Below, piece after piece: positions 32,113 through 34,127 of a stretch of 34,127 nucleotides of DNA. Position 1 is the stretch's first letter; every line of letters begins with the position of its first letter. The stretch is taken from positions 1 to 34,127 of the IMG/VR virus record IMGVR_UViG_3300045988_034929. One strand, written 5' to 3'. A program made the translations under genes and the position numbers. The notes under the pieces were generated by a model, which saw only the letters and a list, made by a program, of their open reading frames with translations, searched no databases and had not been told where the DNA came from. The stretch comes from a virus.

Positions 32113-34127
32113 ATGAAGCATCTTTTTATCGATTTCGAGACATATAGTGAGACAGATATTAAAAGCGCTGGCAACTACAAGTATTGCGAGGATGAAAATT
32201 TTCAAATATTGTTGTGTGGTTACATGTGGGACACCGACACGGAGGTATCAATAATAGACCTTACAACCCCCAACGGGCGTACAGAGTTTAATGAGTTGTT
32301 TACGGCCGTAACCAATGACCCGGAAGTAATTATAGTATGCCACAATGCTACATTTGAGCGTATTTGTTTGCGCGAGTATGGGTTTGACATAAGCCCTATG
32401 CGTTTTTTCTGTACGGCTAACATGTCATTGTATTGCGGTATGCCCGCTTCACTCGAAGCCGTATCTAACATTCTGAACCTGGACAATAAGAAGAAGGGCA
32501 CGGGCAAAAATCTTATCCGTTACTTTTCAATTCCTTGCAAACCTACCAAAACAAACGGAGGGCGCACACGCAATCTGCCCGAACACGCCCCCGAGGACTG
32601 GGAGGAGTTCATCGATTACCTACGTTATGATGTGCTTTCAGAAAAGGAAATATTCGGTAAGCTGTCCCGGTTTGAATTCCCGGAAGAAGAACAACGCATT
32701 TATGCGGCAGACCAGCGCATAAACGATTACGGTATATTGGCTGACCTTGAGTTGGCACATGCCGCGCAGGACATGGACGAAGAATATAAAGCGCGCCTAA
32801 CCGAAAGAGCCGAAAAGGAATTCGGGTTAAGCTCCTTAAAGTCCATGCCGCAGCTTAAGGGCTTCATTAAAGAGCGTACGGGCGTGGTTATTGATTCGCT
32901 CAATAAGAATAGCATAGAAGAGGTGATAAAGACCGTAGCGAGCCTTAAAAACGTTACTGACGAGGATAAGCAAGCCGTGTTAGACGTTATAGACCTACGC
33001 AGGGAGATAGGTAAAACGTCTAATGCCAAATACACCGCCATACTGGCGAGTGCCGGACGGGGCAACCGTATTAGAGGTTTGTTCCGTTACTACGGGGCGA
33101 ACCGTACCGGCCGATGGGCTGGGCGCCTGGTCCAATTACAGAACCTACCGCAAAACCACATCGAAGACCTGGACGGGGCGCGATACCTGGCAAAAATGCA
33201 CGACCTGGATATGATGGAATTCATATATGACAAGCCTACGCATATACTATCACAGCTCATACGTACCGCGTTTATCGCCCCCGAAGGGTACACGTTTGCT
33301 GTAGCTGACTTCTCGGCGATTGAGGCACGTGTAATTGCCTGGGTTGCTAATGAACAATGGCGTTTAGACTTATTTAACGACCCGAAGGCTGATATATATT
33401 GCGCCTCGGCATCTAAAATGTTCGGTGTCCCGGTACACAAAGGCGATGACTTAAGGCAGCGCGGTAAGGTAGCGGAGCTTGCACTCGGATACGGCGGCGG
33501 CATTAACGCCCTTACTATAATGGATATTAAAAAGGCGTTAAAGGAAGAAGAAAAACCTCAAATATTGTCAAAATGGAGAGAAGCTAATAAAAAAATAGTA
33601 TCTTTGTGGCGTTCGTTAGAGGACAGTGCAAAACGGTGTATCGGAACAAGGCGCGAACAAGTTTATAGGATAGACGATGTTTCGAGTATTATTTTTCGAT
33701 ATGAAAGCGGCGCAATGACTATAGAGCTACCGAGCGGCAGGAAGTTGTTCTACCCATCGGCAAGAATGGGAAAACGTACTATCGAAGGCGTTAACGGCTC
33801 GTTTGAGGTTGAGGACATCTCGTATATGGGACAAGACCAAACGACTGGGAAGTGGGTTAAGCTAAACACCTACGGGGGCAAGTTAACCGAGAACGTTGTG
33901 CAGGCGATAGCCCGTGACTTGCTGGCGAATGCGATTTTCAAGGTATTCGATTTGGGCTTTAACATCGTTCTGCATGTGCATGATGAGATTGCCGCCGAGA
34001 TACCGAAGGACGGAAACGAAGAAAAGACGCTGCAAATAATGAGTGATGCCATGTGCAACGCCCCGAGTTGGGCAAAGGGCATACCATTAAGAGCAGCCGG
34101 ATATATTACTGATTATTACAAAAAAGA
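32113..34127 (+). CDS. Family A DNA polymerase with a 3'-5' exonuclease domain. Open at the window end; it continues to 101..103 of the duplicated start.
   Basis: Manual translation shows no stop codon. Exo motifs DFET, HNATFE and YLRYD. Pol motifs A DFSAIEARV, B RQRGKVAELALGYGGG and C HVHDEI. Absent from the ORF track only because there is no in-window stop. Confidence 0.95.
   Translation, partial: MKHLFIDFETYSETDIKSAGNYKYCEDENFQILLCGYMWDTDTEVSIIDLTTPNGRTEFNELFTAVTNDPEVIIVCHNATFERICLREYGFDISPMRFFCTANMSLYCGMPASLEAVSNILNLDNKKKGTGKNLIRYFSIPCKPTKTNGGRTRNLPEHAPEDWEEFIDYLRYDVLSEKEIFGKLSRFEFPEEEQRIYAADQRINDYGILADLELAHAAQDMDEEYKARLTERAEKEFGLSSLKSMPQLKGFIKERTGVVIDSLNKNSIEEVIKTVASLKNVTDEDKQAVLDVIDLRREIGKTSNAKYTAILASAGRGNRIRGLFRYYGANRTGRWAGRLVQLQNLPQNHIEDLDGARYLAKMHDLDMMEFIYDKPTHILSQLIRTAFIAPEGYTFAVADFSAIEARVIAWVANEQWRLDLFNDPKADIYCASASKMFGVPVHKGDDLRQRGKVAELALGYGGGINALTIMDIKKALKEEEKPQILSKWREANKKIVSLWRSLEDSAKRCIGTRREQVYRIDDVSSIIFRYESGAMTIELPSGRKLFYPSARMGKRTIEGVNGSFEVEDISYMGQDQTTGKWVKLNTYGGKLTENVVQAIARDLLANAIFKVFDLGFNIVLHVHDEIAAEIPKDGNEEKTLQIMSDAMCNAPSWAKGIPLRAAGYITDYYKK
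34029..34127. repeat. Second copy of the 99-bp terminal repeat.
   Basis: Identical to 1..99. Confidence 0.95.

Noticed and set aside
370-33214. Alternative-frame + strand ORFs: 370..561, 820..1092, 12848..13033, 21930..22115, 23671..23853 and 33023..33214.
   Set aside because: They are embedded out of frame in well-supported genes (primase, paralog 2, putative portal, polymerase) or span a gene end plus a promoter. They have low-complexity, Arg/Thr-rich translations and no leader motif.
210-34082. All minus-strand ORFs in the track, for example 210..791, 5757..6122, 8329..8799, 10808..11251, 14427..14933, 16994..17554, 17774..18301, 22124..22516, 22239..22712, 25083..25562, 25369..26028, 27458..27979, 28681..29118, 32727..33065 and 33090..33503.
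   Set aside because: Each lies entirely inside a longer + strand gene with recognisable motifs or tight operon packing. None has a promoter or leader motif, their compositions are odd (Cys/Ser/Arg-rich), and none has a recognisable domain. They are antisense shadow ORFs.

Overview
The window is a complete tailed dsDNA phage genome assembled as a circle. Bases 1..99 are identical to 34029..34127, so the unique length is 34,028 bp, and a family A DNA polymerase gene runs across the junction. All of the roughly 48 credible genes are on the + strand. Every minus-strand ORF in the track looks like an antisense shadow.

The likely host is a member of the Bacteroidota. This is inferred from promoters of the TTG-N19-20-TAnnTTTG type and from A-rich leaders that lack a Shine-Dalgarno sequence.

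Gene modules:
1. Replication and recombination (26.9 kb, across the junction, to 2.5 kb): DUF2800-type PD-(D/E)XK nuclease, DUF2815-type SSB-like protein, metallophosphoesterase, a frameshifted HNH-AP2 endonuclease, PolA, and a primase-helicase.
2. Early and accessory genes (2.9-9.6 kb): many small ORFs, a VRR-NUC nuclease, an intact HNH-AP2 endonuclease, and an SNF2 helicase.
3. Packaging, virion and lysis (10.2-26.2 kb): TerS, TerL, a tape-measure-like protein, protease/scaffold, major capsid protein, three tandem paralogs, a putative portal, holin, GH108 endolysin, and a spanin-like protein.

No tRNA, CRISPR array, integrase or repressor was recognised.

The most interesting content is non-coding:
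- A duplicated element of about 250 bp (2638..2890 and 26556..26810) carries four copies of a conserved three-hairpin module. The stems differ by compensatory changes, which suggests a candidate novel structured RNA sitting just upstream of the two early operons.
- A second duplicated element (9718..9930 and 26240..26466) is built from ACACAG half-sites, a hairpin followed by a T-tract, and a 14-bp inverted repeat. It lies at module boundaries.
- A six-member phage-specific promoter family has the form TTAAC-N3-5-GAACM-N17-18-TTATMTTTG.
- GTTAAC and CTGTTAACAG palindromes are clustered.
- A perfect 16-bp inverted repeat overlaps one promoter.

Functional calls rest on motifs I recognised by eye. 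No database search was possible.
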